Shown: piece by piece, positions 49,791-58,854 of the stretch
Position numbering within the stretch: position 1 is the first letter of the stretch
How the letters are laid out: the number at the start of each line of letters is the position of its first letter
Assembly (NCBI GenBank): GCA_965248265.1
Contig: CBDFJF010000002.1
Location: 2,656,001 to 2,720,000, forward strand
DNA length: 64,000 nucleotides
Source of the DNA: Candidatus Latescibacterota bacterium
Lineage (GTDB): Bacteria > Latescibacterota > UBA2968 > UBA8231
Direction: 5' to 3'
The notes under the pieces: generated by a model
Database searches by the model: none
The model's input: only the letters and a program-made list of their open reading frames with translations
What the model was told of the DNA's origin: nothing
Program-made: the position numbers and the translations under genes

Positions 49791-51287
49791 TCAGCGTGCG
49801 TGTTTACCCGTGAGCCGTAAGAGTTTGCCGCCGCCGGGCATGAGTTCCACCTTGGCGCGGGCGCCGCCCGAGGCCGGGCGCCACTTCCGCTCGGTGGCGT
49901 CGAACACCGCCATTGAGCCCGGGCCGACTACGGTCGTGGTGACCCCTTGGGTGTAGTCGAGGTTCACCACCAGCACATGGGTGGGATCGCCGTCGGTACC
50001 GAAATAGCCCAAGAGCATGCCCGTCACCGGCGCCGGGGGGTTGAACTCAGCCGGCGGCACGGGCGGGTCAAGGGTGAAGCGGGCGTCGGCCGGCAGTCCC
50101 TGCGCCCCCAGGGGAACGGTGCCCAGATGATATGCACCCAGGGAAGTCAGCGGCTGCAGCTCGGTGCCGATGGCGATGAACTCGGGGTTGATCTGTCGCA
50201 GGGCCTCACCCAGCGGGGTCAGGGAATCATCCCAAAGAAGATAATTGGACACTCCCCCTCGAAAAGGACGGACACTGGCGTAGTACACAAACTGGGACAG
50301 GCCCTGGCCGCCATAGGCCAGCGTCGTGTAGGCCAGGAATCTCCCCTCGTCGCCGTTGGGCACGCGCCAGTCGTTGTAGCCCTCATCATCCACAGCGCAA
50401 GCCTGGACGACGTTGACGAAGGGCAGGCCGCTTTTCACCGCCGCTTCGCGGACCAGGGCCAGGTTGAGGAAGTACTGGACGTTGTCACCCTGGCGGAGCT
50501 GGCTGTCCTCAACGAACCGTTCGCTGCCAACTTCGCGCGCAAGCTCACCGAGGAAGTGGTAGTGGTCATAGCTGATCAAGTCGGGCTTGACGATCTCAAC
50601 GAACTGGCGGAGGTGCTCTCTGTAGGCATGGATGCTATAGCCCACGCCTGCAAGAGCATCAAGCGCTCGCTGTTCATCAGAAATCGGTGCATTCGGATCG
50701 ATGGGGATGCCCAGGTTATTAGCGCTGGCGTAAGTGGGGAATAGATTGACGAGGCACATGTGATCGGGGTCACGCTCGCGGATGTACGCCACCAGCCTGC
50801 CCAACTCCGGAAAAAAGGTGGCGCTGTAGGAGAGCTCATCATAGAGGTAGTAGCCGTACATCGCCGGATGGTTCTTCACCCGTTCGATCATCGCATCGAG
50901 TCGCGCCCTGCGCCGCGGGTCGTCCAAGATGAAGGGGGTGATCGTCTGGGCGCCGAAACCGAGGTATCCGGCAAAAAACAACGCCCGCAGCCCCTGCGCG
51001 TGCGCAGCGTCCAGCTCCTCCACGGTCTGGCACCAGACCAGGTTGAAGCCGCCGTCATCCAACTTCCCGGCGATGGCGGGCGTCACCGGCCCGAAATTGG
51101 CCCCCGGGCCCTGGTAGTAGGACGTGATGGGTGCGCCGATCTCCCACTTGCTGCCCGCCGGCCGGCCCCGTGCGGCACCTGAGGCGGACGCGTCCGATGT
51201 TGTGCATACTACCGCCCCCAGCAGTACGAGGCCGAAGATCCGGTACAACCAAATTCTGCCAACATCCGAAGGCTCAGGAAATGTCAT
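49791..51287 (-). CDS. Secreted glycoside-hydrolase-like protein
   Basis: Signal peptide; HPAMYGYYLYDE, VNLFP, ISYDHY. Confidence 0.7.
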   Translation of the reverse strand: MTFPEPSDVGRIWLYRIFGLVLLGAVVCTTSDASASGAARGRPAGSKWEIGAPITSYYQGPGANFGPVTPAIAGKLDDGGFNLVWCQTVEELDAAHAQGLRALFFAGYLGFGAQTITPFILDDPRRRARLDAMIERVKNHPAMYGYYLYDELSYSATFFPELGRLVAYIRERDPDHMCLVNLFPTYASANNLGIPIDPNAPISDEQRALDALAGVGYSIHAYREHLRQFVEIVKPDLISYDHYHFLGELAREVGSERFVEDSQLRQGDNVQYFLNLALVREAAVKSGLPFVNVVQACAVDDEGYNDWRVPNGDEGRFLAYTTLAYGGQGLSQFVYYASVRPFRGGVSNYLLWDDSLTPLGEALRQINPEFIAIGTELQPLTSLGAYHLGTVPLGAQGLPADARFTLDPPVPPAEFNPPAPVTGMLLGYFGTDGDPTHVLVVNLDYTQGVTTTVVGPGSMAVFDATERKWRPASGGARAKVELMPGGGKLLRLTGKHAR

Positions 51288-51344
51288 TCTTCCGATCTCC
51301 TTTGTTTGTTCTTTGCAATCCAACGGATAGCACGATAAGGGACC

Positions 51345-51575
51345 ACGCTTAGTGGTTATAAAGTAGGTTATCGTTAGTCGATCAGGTGTTATTTTCGCTT
51401 TTTTTCGCGTTGATGGCGGTCTATGTGGGTTGACGGTCGTCGACTGAGCGCTTGAGGCTGCGAATAGGCCCGAAGGGGAGTGGCTGTGAACGAAGATGGG
51501 ATTGCCAGCGAGGGATCAGGACACATCGGTGCCTTTGCTGTGACGACGAATCGATCTCAGGCGGCGAAATCTAGC
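51345..51575 (-). repeat. IS91 oriIS end, direct repeat of 49452-49676, uninterrupted
   Basis: 225 bp identical by eye; tip ...tttataaccactaagc. Confidence 0.88.
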
Positions 51576-51779
51576 GTCTCCGAATCAGCAGGGCACGTGG
51601 GCGACGACTTCTGGTCTATCGAGTACAAGGTGGAGTTCGGTCACCTGTCAAAGATTCCCACGCCTGAAAAAGGTGACCGCTGGGGAGTTTCCGCTCAGCG
51701 CGTGTATCGACAGGCGGAGTGGAGTGTGTGGACTGTCGCGGACGAGAATATGAACTATGGATGGTTCCTGTTTCAGTGA
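51576..51779 (+). pseudogene. C-terminal fragment of a CBM9-like sugar-binding protein
   Basis: WSIEYKVEF..L..P..GDRWG..R..YGWFLFQ*. Confidence 0.45.
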
Positions 51780-51873
51780 CAGAGTGACCACCCTGGCTCG
51801 CGAAATGCGAGGCCTGCCCGACGCCGCGGATCTGTTTGCCGTTCACGGCACTGCGCTGTAGCGCGAGTAGGTG

Positions 51874-52413
51874 TCAGGCTTCGAGGGCGGCGCCGCGCCC
51901 ATGGCGCACGACCTTCGTGGCCAGTGAAAGCGCTGCGGTCACGGGGGTAGGGAGCTTCTCACCCGTGCTTGGGCCGTACAGCAGCCTGCCGTTCAGCGTG
52001 TCCCCAGCCCCGATGGAGCTGGATTGCGAAACCGCCTCAGTCGGCACAGTGCCGGACTCATTGCTGGCCGCGGCATAGAGAGCACCTTGGGCACCGCGCT
52101 CGATCACGACGCAATCGGGTCCGGCCGCGAGGACAGCTCCTGCCAGTGCTTCGCCGCATTCGTCAGGCAACCACTGGGCGAGCTCCTCTTCGGTGGCAAC
52201 CAGGCCGTAGAGGTGCGTCAAAAGGGCCACCATGCGCTCCCGCGGAACTCTCCCCGCGAACCACGGGCTGGGATCGAAGACGATCCGCGTGCCCTCACCG
52301 TGGGCCGCGGCAAACAGCTCTTCGAGCTCGCCGAAATCCTCGACGAATAGGGAGTACGTGGGCTCCCTGAGCGCCAGCTCTCCGCGCAGAGTACCTTCAA
52401 ACCTCGCGAACAC
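51874..52413 (-). pseudogene. PfkB-family carbohydrate kinase C-terminal fragment
   Basis: VFDP, RGAQGA, IGAGD. Confidence 0.7.
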
Positions 52414-52578
52414 CGGGCGCCTTATTAATCCTCAAGCGGCTTGCGACCGCCTCTGGCTCATCCTGAGAGATCGCGGCTGCGGCAGTTCATGGGCATCGCG
52501 TCGCGCGACATAGGGTAACCCGTCTCGCAGATCAAGGGAACAGCCATGCAGCAGAACGACCAGCACCTCGAGCTTTGA

Positions 52579-52967
52579 GTATAGGATAAATGAGTGGCGT
52601 TATGGTGAGTTTAGATCCTTGTGAGGTTTGGGGTCGAGTGGATCTTGGGATCTTTCTGAACGGCGGAATGGGGGTTTCAGGCCATCGACGGGCATGCCGA
52701 AGGAGAGGGATCCAGGGTTGAGCGTGGTTTTCCCTTTTTTGCGACCCGGATGATCAGTTGGGGCGCAGCAATCCAAGCGCGCTGCGATCAGGCGGCGTAT
52801 TCGAACTCAGACTGCTGATCGTGCCTTGCCGGAGCAATTGGCGGAGGCCTTGCCGGCAGGCCCACCCCCTCGAGGTATGACCGAATCGAGGCGGGGTCGG
52901 TCAGAGCAGCCACTATTTTCATCTGCCCCCCACACTCGGGGCATTCTGAAACGTCAATCGAAAACAC
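52579..52967 (-). mobile_element. IS91 remnant (transposase C-terminus plus oriIS)
   Basis: VFSIDVSECPECGG..EFEYAA*; tip ccataacgccactcatttatcctatac. Confidence 0.85.
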
Positions 52968-53071
52968 GGCCAAAGTACCCATCCCGTCCATCACAAAAGC
53001 TCAGATTTTCATTCGACACCAAGACGCGGGCGATCTTGACTACCCATAACGGCCCCTTATTTATCCTATAC
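52968..53071 (+). mobile_element. IS91 oriIS end
   Basis: gcgatcttgactacccataacggccccttatttatcctatac; first 45 bp repeated at 53416-53460. Confidence 0.8.
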
Positions 53072-53395
53072 TCGCCCTCCCCCCCCTGCCCGTGTCTGAA
53101 ATGTGGTTGTACCGGATCACATGCCCGGACCGGGCGACACGGCCGTCGACCTGTCTTTCAGGCACGTCCATCCAGCAGTTGATCGCCCCCAGGTCACGGT
53201 TTTCCTGACACGTCCGACTCATTCGGTTGAATTCGAGGATATTGCGGCCGAACCCATTGGCCCCGAGATTGATACCGTGATGCGGCATGTCGTGAATCTC
53301 GTTGTGGGCCACGAGGTTCGCGTCCGACAGCCCCAGGAACACGCCGGCGCAGTAGTTGTTGATCCGGACGGGATGATGAATGGGGCCGGAATCCA
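53072..53395 (-). pseudogene. Right-handed beta-helix protein internal fragment
   Basis: NLVAHNEIHDMPHHGI, NILEFN, DLGAIN, VIRYNHISDT. Confidence 0.7.
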
Positions 53396-53639
53396 CCCTC
53401 GCCCAGCTCCCGCAAGGCCAAAGTACCCATCCCGTCCATCACAAAAGCTCAGATTTTCATCGGCACCACCCATGGCATTGCGGATCAAGCCGGTCCCAAG
53501 GCCGAATCGACGGTCCCATCGCACCCCACCCGACCCACGGCCGGCACCCAAGCGCCCTGGCGACAGCAAGCACCACCATCGAATCCAAAAAAAAACCCAC
53601 TTGACCGACTCCCGATAACACCGTTTATCCTCCCTATGC
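53396..53639 (+). mobile_element. Chimeric IS91 oriIS end
   Basis: Left part like 3090/52968; tip ttgaccgactcccgataacaccgtttatcctccctatgc like 40849. Confidence 0.75.
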
Positions 53640-54095
53640 ATCCAGCTTGAGTTCGGCCAGTTCCCGGCCCATCGGTTGCCACCATGCCTTCGAATTGAAA
53701 AAGTTGTCCTGACAGCCATTGTAGTGGCGTGTCAGCATCAGAATGAACATCATGGCGCATTCTGCCAGCGAGATGCCGCTGGTAACACCCGGACAATTAC
53801 ATGTGGGAATACCCTTGGCCTTCAGAGCCGCCAACGGAGCATCCTCGAAACCCGTCTTGGCAACCTGCCAGAGTTTCAGATCCACGGCGGCCTCGACCAT
53901 CTGCTCAGTGTTCTCTATCAAGCCGTCATCGATCACCGCGTCCATCCCTTTGATTTGGGCCACACCGGGCTGTGACGGATCAAAGAACCGGAGATCATGA
54001 CGATGATGTAACGCCTTCTCAAGGTACGGGCCCAAAGGGTAATACTGGTCTTCGTTGTTCCGGTCGGCCAAATAGAGAACGTTCATAGATGCCAC
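53640..54095 (-). pseudogene. D-2-hydroxyacid dehydrogenase 5' fragment
   Basis: KTGFE, NCPG..SLAECAMM; stops just before the GxGxxG motif, at an ori tip. Confidence 0.8.
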
Positions 54096-54331
54096 TCAGT
54101 GCTTATTTGGGGGTTTTTTGTTGCGACTGCCGGTCGGGTTGCCAACCACACGACCCGATTTTCGGCCAATGGCGGCGATGGTGAGAATGATCGGCGGCGA
54201 GACGAAGGTCAATACCGACCCACTACTTCGATAAGCAATCCGCATTATTGTTCTGGAATCGAGAACTATCGACCCAAGCCGAGGAAATTCGGAGCGAACG
54301 AAGAAACCCGACTCGACAGAGGAGAGAGAGC

Positions 54332-55201
54332 ATGACCGATCGCAAGCTGCGCATACTGACAGTGTCTGCCCACCCCCACGATTTCACCTGGTTTTCCGGG
54401 ACGCTCGGAAAACACGTCGAACGGGGGGACGAAGCCACGGTATGCGTGGTGACCCACGGAGGCAGCACCCATCGAGAGGAATGGATGGAGGAGTTGCGCA
54501 AACCGGTGTCGGAGCGAGATGCGTCAGTCGTCAATGCTTCGGCCGAAAGATACATCCAGCAGAAAGAGGATGAACTGCGCAACGCGGCCGCCATCTTCGA
54601 CGTCACTGACATCCGCATGCTGAACTTCCCGGACAAGCCGTTTCTCATCTCAGAGCATCCAGAGGTTATCGATCGCATAGCGGAACTCATCCTCGAGGTG
54701 AGACCGCACGTCATGCTCACGGAAAGCCCGTTCACCGACTGCGGCCGGCCTATGGTGCACCGCTCGGACCATACTGAAGTGGGCATTGCCGCTGCCGAGG
54801 CAAAATTGCGCGCCGAACTGCCCCGCCCGGGTTCGACGGCGCAGCCTCATCAGGTGGCCATGACCTTCTGGCCTGGCCTGGTCTTTGACCTGAGCCAGCT
54901 GGACCTGGTGGTGGAGTTGTCTGATGAATGGTTTGAGAAGCGGGTCCAGGCGGAGGCCTGTTTTGAGACCCAGGGACATGACGAACGATGGGCCCGCCAT
55001 CGGATGCTTCTGGAACTGGGCGTCATGGGCAACCATGCGCGCACAGCCTACGGCGAGGGATTCGTGCGCGAGAAACTGGAATTGAACAGTCATCTCCCGG
55101 TGCCCGAGGTCATGATCCGACAGGCGGAAATAGGAGATACCCAGAACGCGCGACGGATGCTTCGGCTCGATCTCCCTGACCAAGGAGCGCCTCCATGTTG
55201 A
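54332..55201 (+). CDS. PIG-L/LmbE-family deacetylase (paralog of 12721-13599)
   Basis: AHPHD, RPHVMLT, DH. Confidence 0.85.
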   Translation: MTDRKLRILTVSAHPHDFTWFSGTLGKHVERGDEATVCVVTHGGSTHREEWMEELRKPVSERDASVVNASAERYIQQKEDELRNAAAIFDVTDIRMLNFPDKPFLISEHPEVIDRIAELILEVRPHVMLTESPFTDCGRPMVHRSDHTEVGIAAAEAKLRAELPRPGSTAQPHQVAMTFWPGLVFDLSQLDLVVELSDEWFEKRVQAEACFETQGHDERWARHRMLLELGVMGNHARTAYGEGFVREKLELNSHLPVPEVMIRQAEIGDTQNARRMLRLDLPDQGAPPC

Positions 55202-56292
55202 GAATCGTAGACCGCGGCGTCATATCAAGTCGGCGAGGCCTTGGCGCCTACATGCCGACCATCGCCCCGTTGGCGGACGGCACCTGGGTCGCTGCCCAGC
55301 ACGTGGGTCAGAGCCTTGGCTCGTCTGATAACCACATCGAATTCCTGATTTCTCGCGATGGGGCGACCTGGGAAAATCGCGGCAGCATTCACGGAAGCGA
55401 AGGCGCCGATGAGCGTTATACCTACCGCGCACCCAAGATCGTCGCAGTACCGGATGGCCGCCTGCTCATCTCCGCCGACCGCTACCCGCAGAATACGGGC
55501 GCACTCTTCGACCTGGAGTCGGAGACGCTGTCGCGATCGGAAATGCTGTTGATCTGGTCGAATGACCGGGGAGAGACCTGGGCTGAACCCCAGATCGTGC
55601 CGGTCGACCTGCCGCCGGAGAGGTACAGCTGGAACGGCACCGGACCGGTATTACAGGTGAATCCAAACCGTTGGATCTACACTCTTGAGACCTGGAAACC
55701 GGAGGGGTACGAAGGTCCCCCCGATCAGAAATCGGCCGCCGTGTTCTCCGCCGACGGGGGGCAAACCTGGGGTGAGCTGACGGCGACGGCCGACGATCCA
55801 GAAAACAGGCTGATGTACTACGACCAGATGGGAGCAGTCCTGCCCGACGGTCGGGTCTGTATCCTTCTGTGGACCCATCTGGATGGCACCTCACAAGATC
55901 TGAACAACCACTGGGTCGTCTCATCCGACGAAGGCCGTGCCTGGTCTGCACCGAAACCCACCAACCTGCGCGGCCAGGTCTGCGCACCGATCGCCCTGTC
56001 AGATGGCCGGCTCGCGGCGGTATACAACTTTCGCCACGAGCCCCAAGGGGTACGTCTCGCGCTGAGTGAAGACCTGGAGCATTTCGACGTGGAGAACGAG
56101 GTGGTGGTTTTCGATGCCGGTGCCGAGGCGACCATGGGCCCGCCTGCCGCCGACAGCTTTCACGCCGAGCACATCCAGATCGCCTTCGGCAAACCTGGTG
56201 GCCTGCAGCTTCCCGACGGTGATCTGCTCACCTACTTCTGGTGCACGTCGGAAGGTGTGACTCACACGCGATGGGTACGCCTGCAACTGTAA
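55195..56292 (+). CDS. Sialidase-like BNR protein
   Basis: SxDxGxTW repeats, FGKP. Confidence 0.85.
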   Translation: MLRIVDRGVISSRRGLGAYMPTIAPLADGTWVAAQHVGQSLGSSDNHIEFLISRDGATWENRGSIHGSEGADERYTYRAPKIVAVPDGRLLISADRYPQNTGALFDLESETLSRSEMLLIWSNDRGETWAEPQIVPVDLPPERYSWNGTGPVLQVNPNRWIYTLETWKPEGYEGPPDQKSAAVFSADGGQTWGELTATADDPENRLMYYDQMGAVLPDGRVCILLWTHLDGTSQDLNNHWVVSSDEGRAWSAPKPTNLRGQVCAPIALSDGRLAAVYNFRHEPQGVRLALSEDLEHFDVENEVVVFDAGAEATMGPPAADSFHAEHIQIAFGKPGGLQLPDGDLLTYFWCTSEGVTHTRWVRLQL

Positions 56293-58642
56293 AATCTCTC
56301 CTGACCAGAGTGATCCTCTGGCCTTGCTCCATCATCAGCTTGTGATGTTTACCTCCGTAGCTGACGCAACAATCAGTCCCAGTCCGACTGTGGATCGTTG
56401 CTGAAACCAGATCGCCACCCTTCCATTTCATGTCCACGACGATGCCACCGCGCGAGTGTACTCCCTTGATCTCGCCGTTTGGCCAGGCATCCGGCAGGGC
56501 GGGCAGCAGGATGACTTCGGCTGGGTCTGTTTCACTACCCGACCAACGCGACTGCACCAGCATCTCGGCGACCCCGGCAGCGCCGCCGAGATTTCCATCG
56601 ATCTGGAATGGCGGGCAGGCACAGAAGAGGTTGGCATAGGAGCCTGAACCTTCTCCGCTGTAGTTGATCCCCATCTCCTCGGAAGGATTCAACAGGTGTC
56701 GAAACAGCTTCTCCGCCCGGTTCCCATCGCGCAGCCGCGCCCAGAAGTTCATTTTCCAGGCCAGCGTCCAGCCACCCGCCGCATCGCCGCGGCGCTCCAG
56801 AGACTTCCGTGCGGCTTGCGCAAGCGCCGGCGTCGTGTCGACGGAGATCTCGTCGTAAGGATGCAGGCCATACAGGTGCGACAGATGACGATGGTGCGGT
56901 TCGGGTTCCTCATAGGGCTCCAGCCACTCCTGAAGCCGTCCGTCCGGGCCAATCTGGTTCGGCGCCAGGCGCTCGCGCTTCGCCGTCAGTTCCTGCCGGA
57001 AGACGTCGTCCACACCCAGAATCGTGGCCGCCTTGATGCAATTACCGAACAGTTCACGCAGCAGCTGCATATCGATGGTTGGGCCCATGCAGATGTGTGC
57101 GGGCATACCATCTTTTGTCAGGAATGCATTCTCGGGCGAGTTCGACGGTGCCGTCACCAGCCACTTGTGATCCGGCTCTTCGATCAGCATGTCCACATAG
57201 AACTGAGCAGAGCCTTTCATGATGGGATAGGCCCAGGCCAGATACTCTTTGTCACGGGTAAAGGCGTAGTGCTCCCAAAGGTGTTCACACAGCCAGGCCG
57301 AACCGCTGGTGGCTGCCCCCCAGCTAGCGTTTTCACCGGGCGCCGTAAAGCCCCAGGGGTTGGTAATGACATGGGCGATCCAGCCGCAGGCGTTGTAATA
57401 GGACTTCGCGGTTTGGCGGCCGGGCACCTGGAGCGACTCAATCAGCTTGAGCATCGGCATATGGCATTCGCTCAAACCAGCCAACTCCGCCGGCCAGTAG
57501 TTCATCTGCACATTGATATCCAGGTGCCAGTCACCGTTCCATGGGGTTTGAATGCTGTCCGCCCAGATGCCCTGCAGATTCGCCGGCAAGGTTCCGGGCC
57601 GCGATGACCCAATCAGCAGGTAACGGCCATAATTGAAATAGAGAGCAGCCATAGACGGGTCGGCTCCGCCTTCTTTGACCGCGGCCAGGCGCCGGTCCGT
57701 CGTTTGCATTGCGGACTTCGCACTTTCGGGCTCGTCATCGGCAATGACAAGTGCGGCGCGGTCGAACCAGGATCGATGTTCCCGGGTATGATCGGCCAGC
57801 ATCGCATCAAACGGTTTTGCAACTGCGGCGGCGATGACCTGTTGGGTCATCTCAACGGGGTCCTTCACTTTACGGTCACGCGGCACATTGCCGTCGTAGT
57901 CGGTCTCAGCGCTGAAAACGATAACCAGCTCATCGGCGCCCGTGACCTTGATCGTCGTGCCGCCTGCTTCAACTGGGCGGCCACCGTGCAACACGCGCAC
58001 ACGTGCCGCATACGAAACCCCATCGCCGCCCTTCCCGTCCGGGAGCGTGCCGGTCATCAGCAAATCGCCGTCGACTACGGAGGTCTCAGAGCGCTCGGGC
58101 CGGCCCATGCCGATCACCAGGGAAAGCTGCCCTGGTCTATCAGCCGTGCAGCGGATCACCCCAACCTGATCCGGCTCACTGACAAGATATTCACGGGTAA
58201 ACCGGACATCGTCCCGCTTGAACGAAACCGTGGCGACAGCTGTGGAGAGATCGAGCACCCGCCGGTAGTCGGCAACGGTGCCCAGATCACTATCCTCGAT
58301 GAGCAGATTTCCCAATGTCTGGAAACAGCCAAACGGCGCATTCGCGCCGCGCCCGCCGCTCGATCCCGGTGGCAAGCAGGTGAACGTCTGGTTGACCAGC
58401 GCCTCCGCTTCCGGGTTATTGCCTGCCAGCAGCAGCTCGCGGATCCTTGGCAGGTTCCCATGCGCTCCGGGCCGGTCGTCCTCCTTCTGCGAGCCGGACC
58501 ACATGGACTCCTCGTTGAGCACGATCCGTTCATCACGGATCCCGCCCAGCACCGTCATCCCCAGCCGCCCGTTCCCGAGCGGCAGTCCCTGGCAAAATTC
58601 CGTCCCTGGCGTGTCGTACCATAATGTTGTTGAATGATTCAT
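56228..58642 (-). CDS. Alpha-L-fucosidase, GH95
   Basis: LPLGNGRLG, YGRYLLI, PANLQGIW, INVQMNYW, SPEN, HRHLSHL, FQIDGN. Confidence 0.95.
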   Translation of the reverse strand: MNHSTTLWYDTPGTEFCQGLPLGNGRLGMTVLGGIRDERIVLNEESMWSGSQKEDDRPGAHGNLPRIRELLLAGNNPEAEALVNQTFTCLPPGSSGGRGANAPFGCFQTLGNLLIEDSDLGTVADYRRVLDLSTAVATVSFKRDDVRFTREYLVSEPDQVGVIRCTADRPGQLSLVIGMGRPERSETSVVDGDLLMTGTLPDGKGGDGVSYAARVRVLHGGRPVEAGGTTIKVTGADELVIVFSAETDYDGNVPRDRKVKDPVEMTQQVIAAAVAKPFDAMLADHTREHRSWFDRAALVIADDEPESAKSAMQTTDRRLAAVKEGGADPSMAALYFNYGRYLLIGSSRPGTLPANLQGIWADSIQTPWNGDWHLDINVQMNYWPAELAGLSECHMPMLKLIESLQVPGRQTAKSYYNACGWIAHVITNPWGFTAPGENASWGAATSGSAWLCEHLWEHYAFTRDKEYLAWAYPIMKGSAQFYVDMLIEEPDHKWLVTAPSNSPENAFLTKDGMPAHICMGPTIDMQLLRELFGNCIKAATILGVDDVFRQELTAKRERLAPNQIGPDGRLQEWLEPYEEPEPHHRHLSHLYGLHPYDEISVDTTPALAQAARKSLERRGDAAGGWTLAWKMNFWARLRDGNRAEKLFRHLLNPSEEMGINYSGEGSGSYANLFCACPPFQIDGNLGGAAGVAEMLVQSRWSGSETDPAEVILLPALPDAWPNGEIKGVHSRGGIVVDMKWKGGDLVSATIHSRTGTDCCVSYGGKHHKLMMEQGQRITLVRRDFTVAGVPIACESHLPTCTRSR

Positions 58643-58854
58643 CTCAACATCCTTTGTCTGAATAAGCCCGGATTCAAGCGGATCATTACATCACGCTCAA
58701 CGGATTCCCCTTGGCAAATCCCGCGCTCTCCCGCCAGCGGCAGGCAACCACTCCTTGACCATGCACGCGAACAGGCTTTAAATCTCCTCCGGGTTCCGCC
58801 TCCATGAGCCAATAGCGGCGGTCGCGGGTTCGCCTGCCTCGCCCTACGAACGGC

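Noticed and set aside
56228-56292. 65-bp convergent overlap of GH95 and sialidase genes as an antisense control
   Set aside because: More simply a short C-terminal run-on; no supporting signal.
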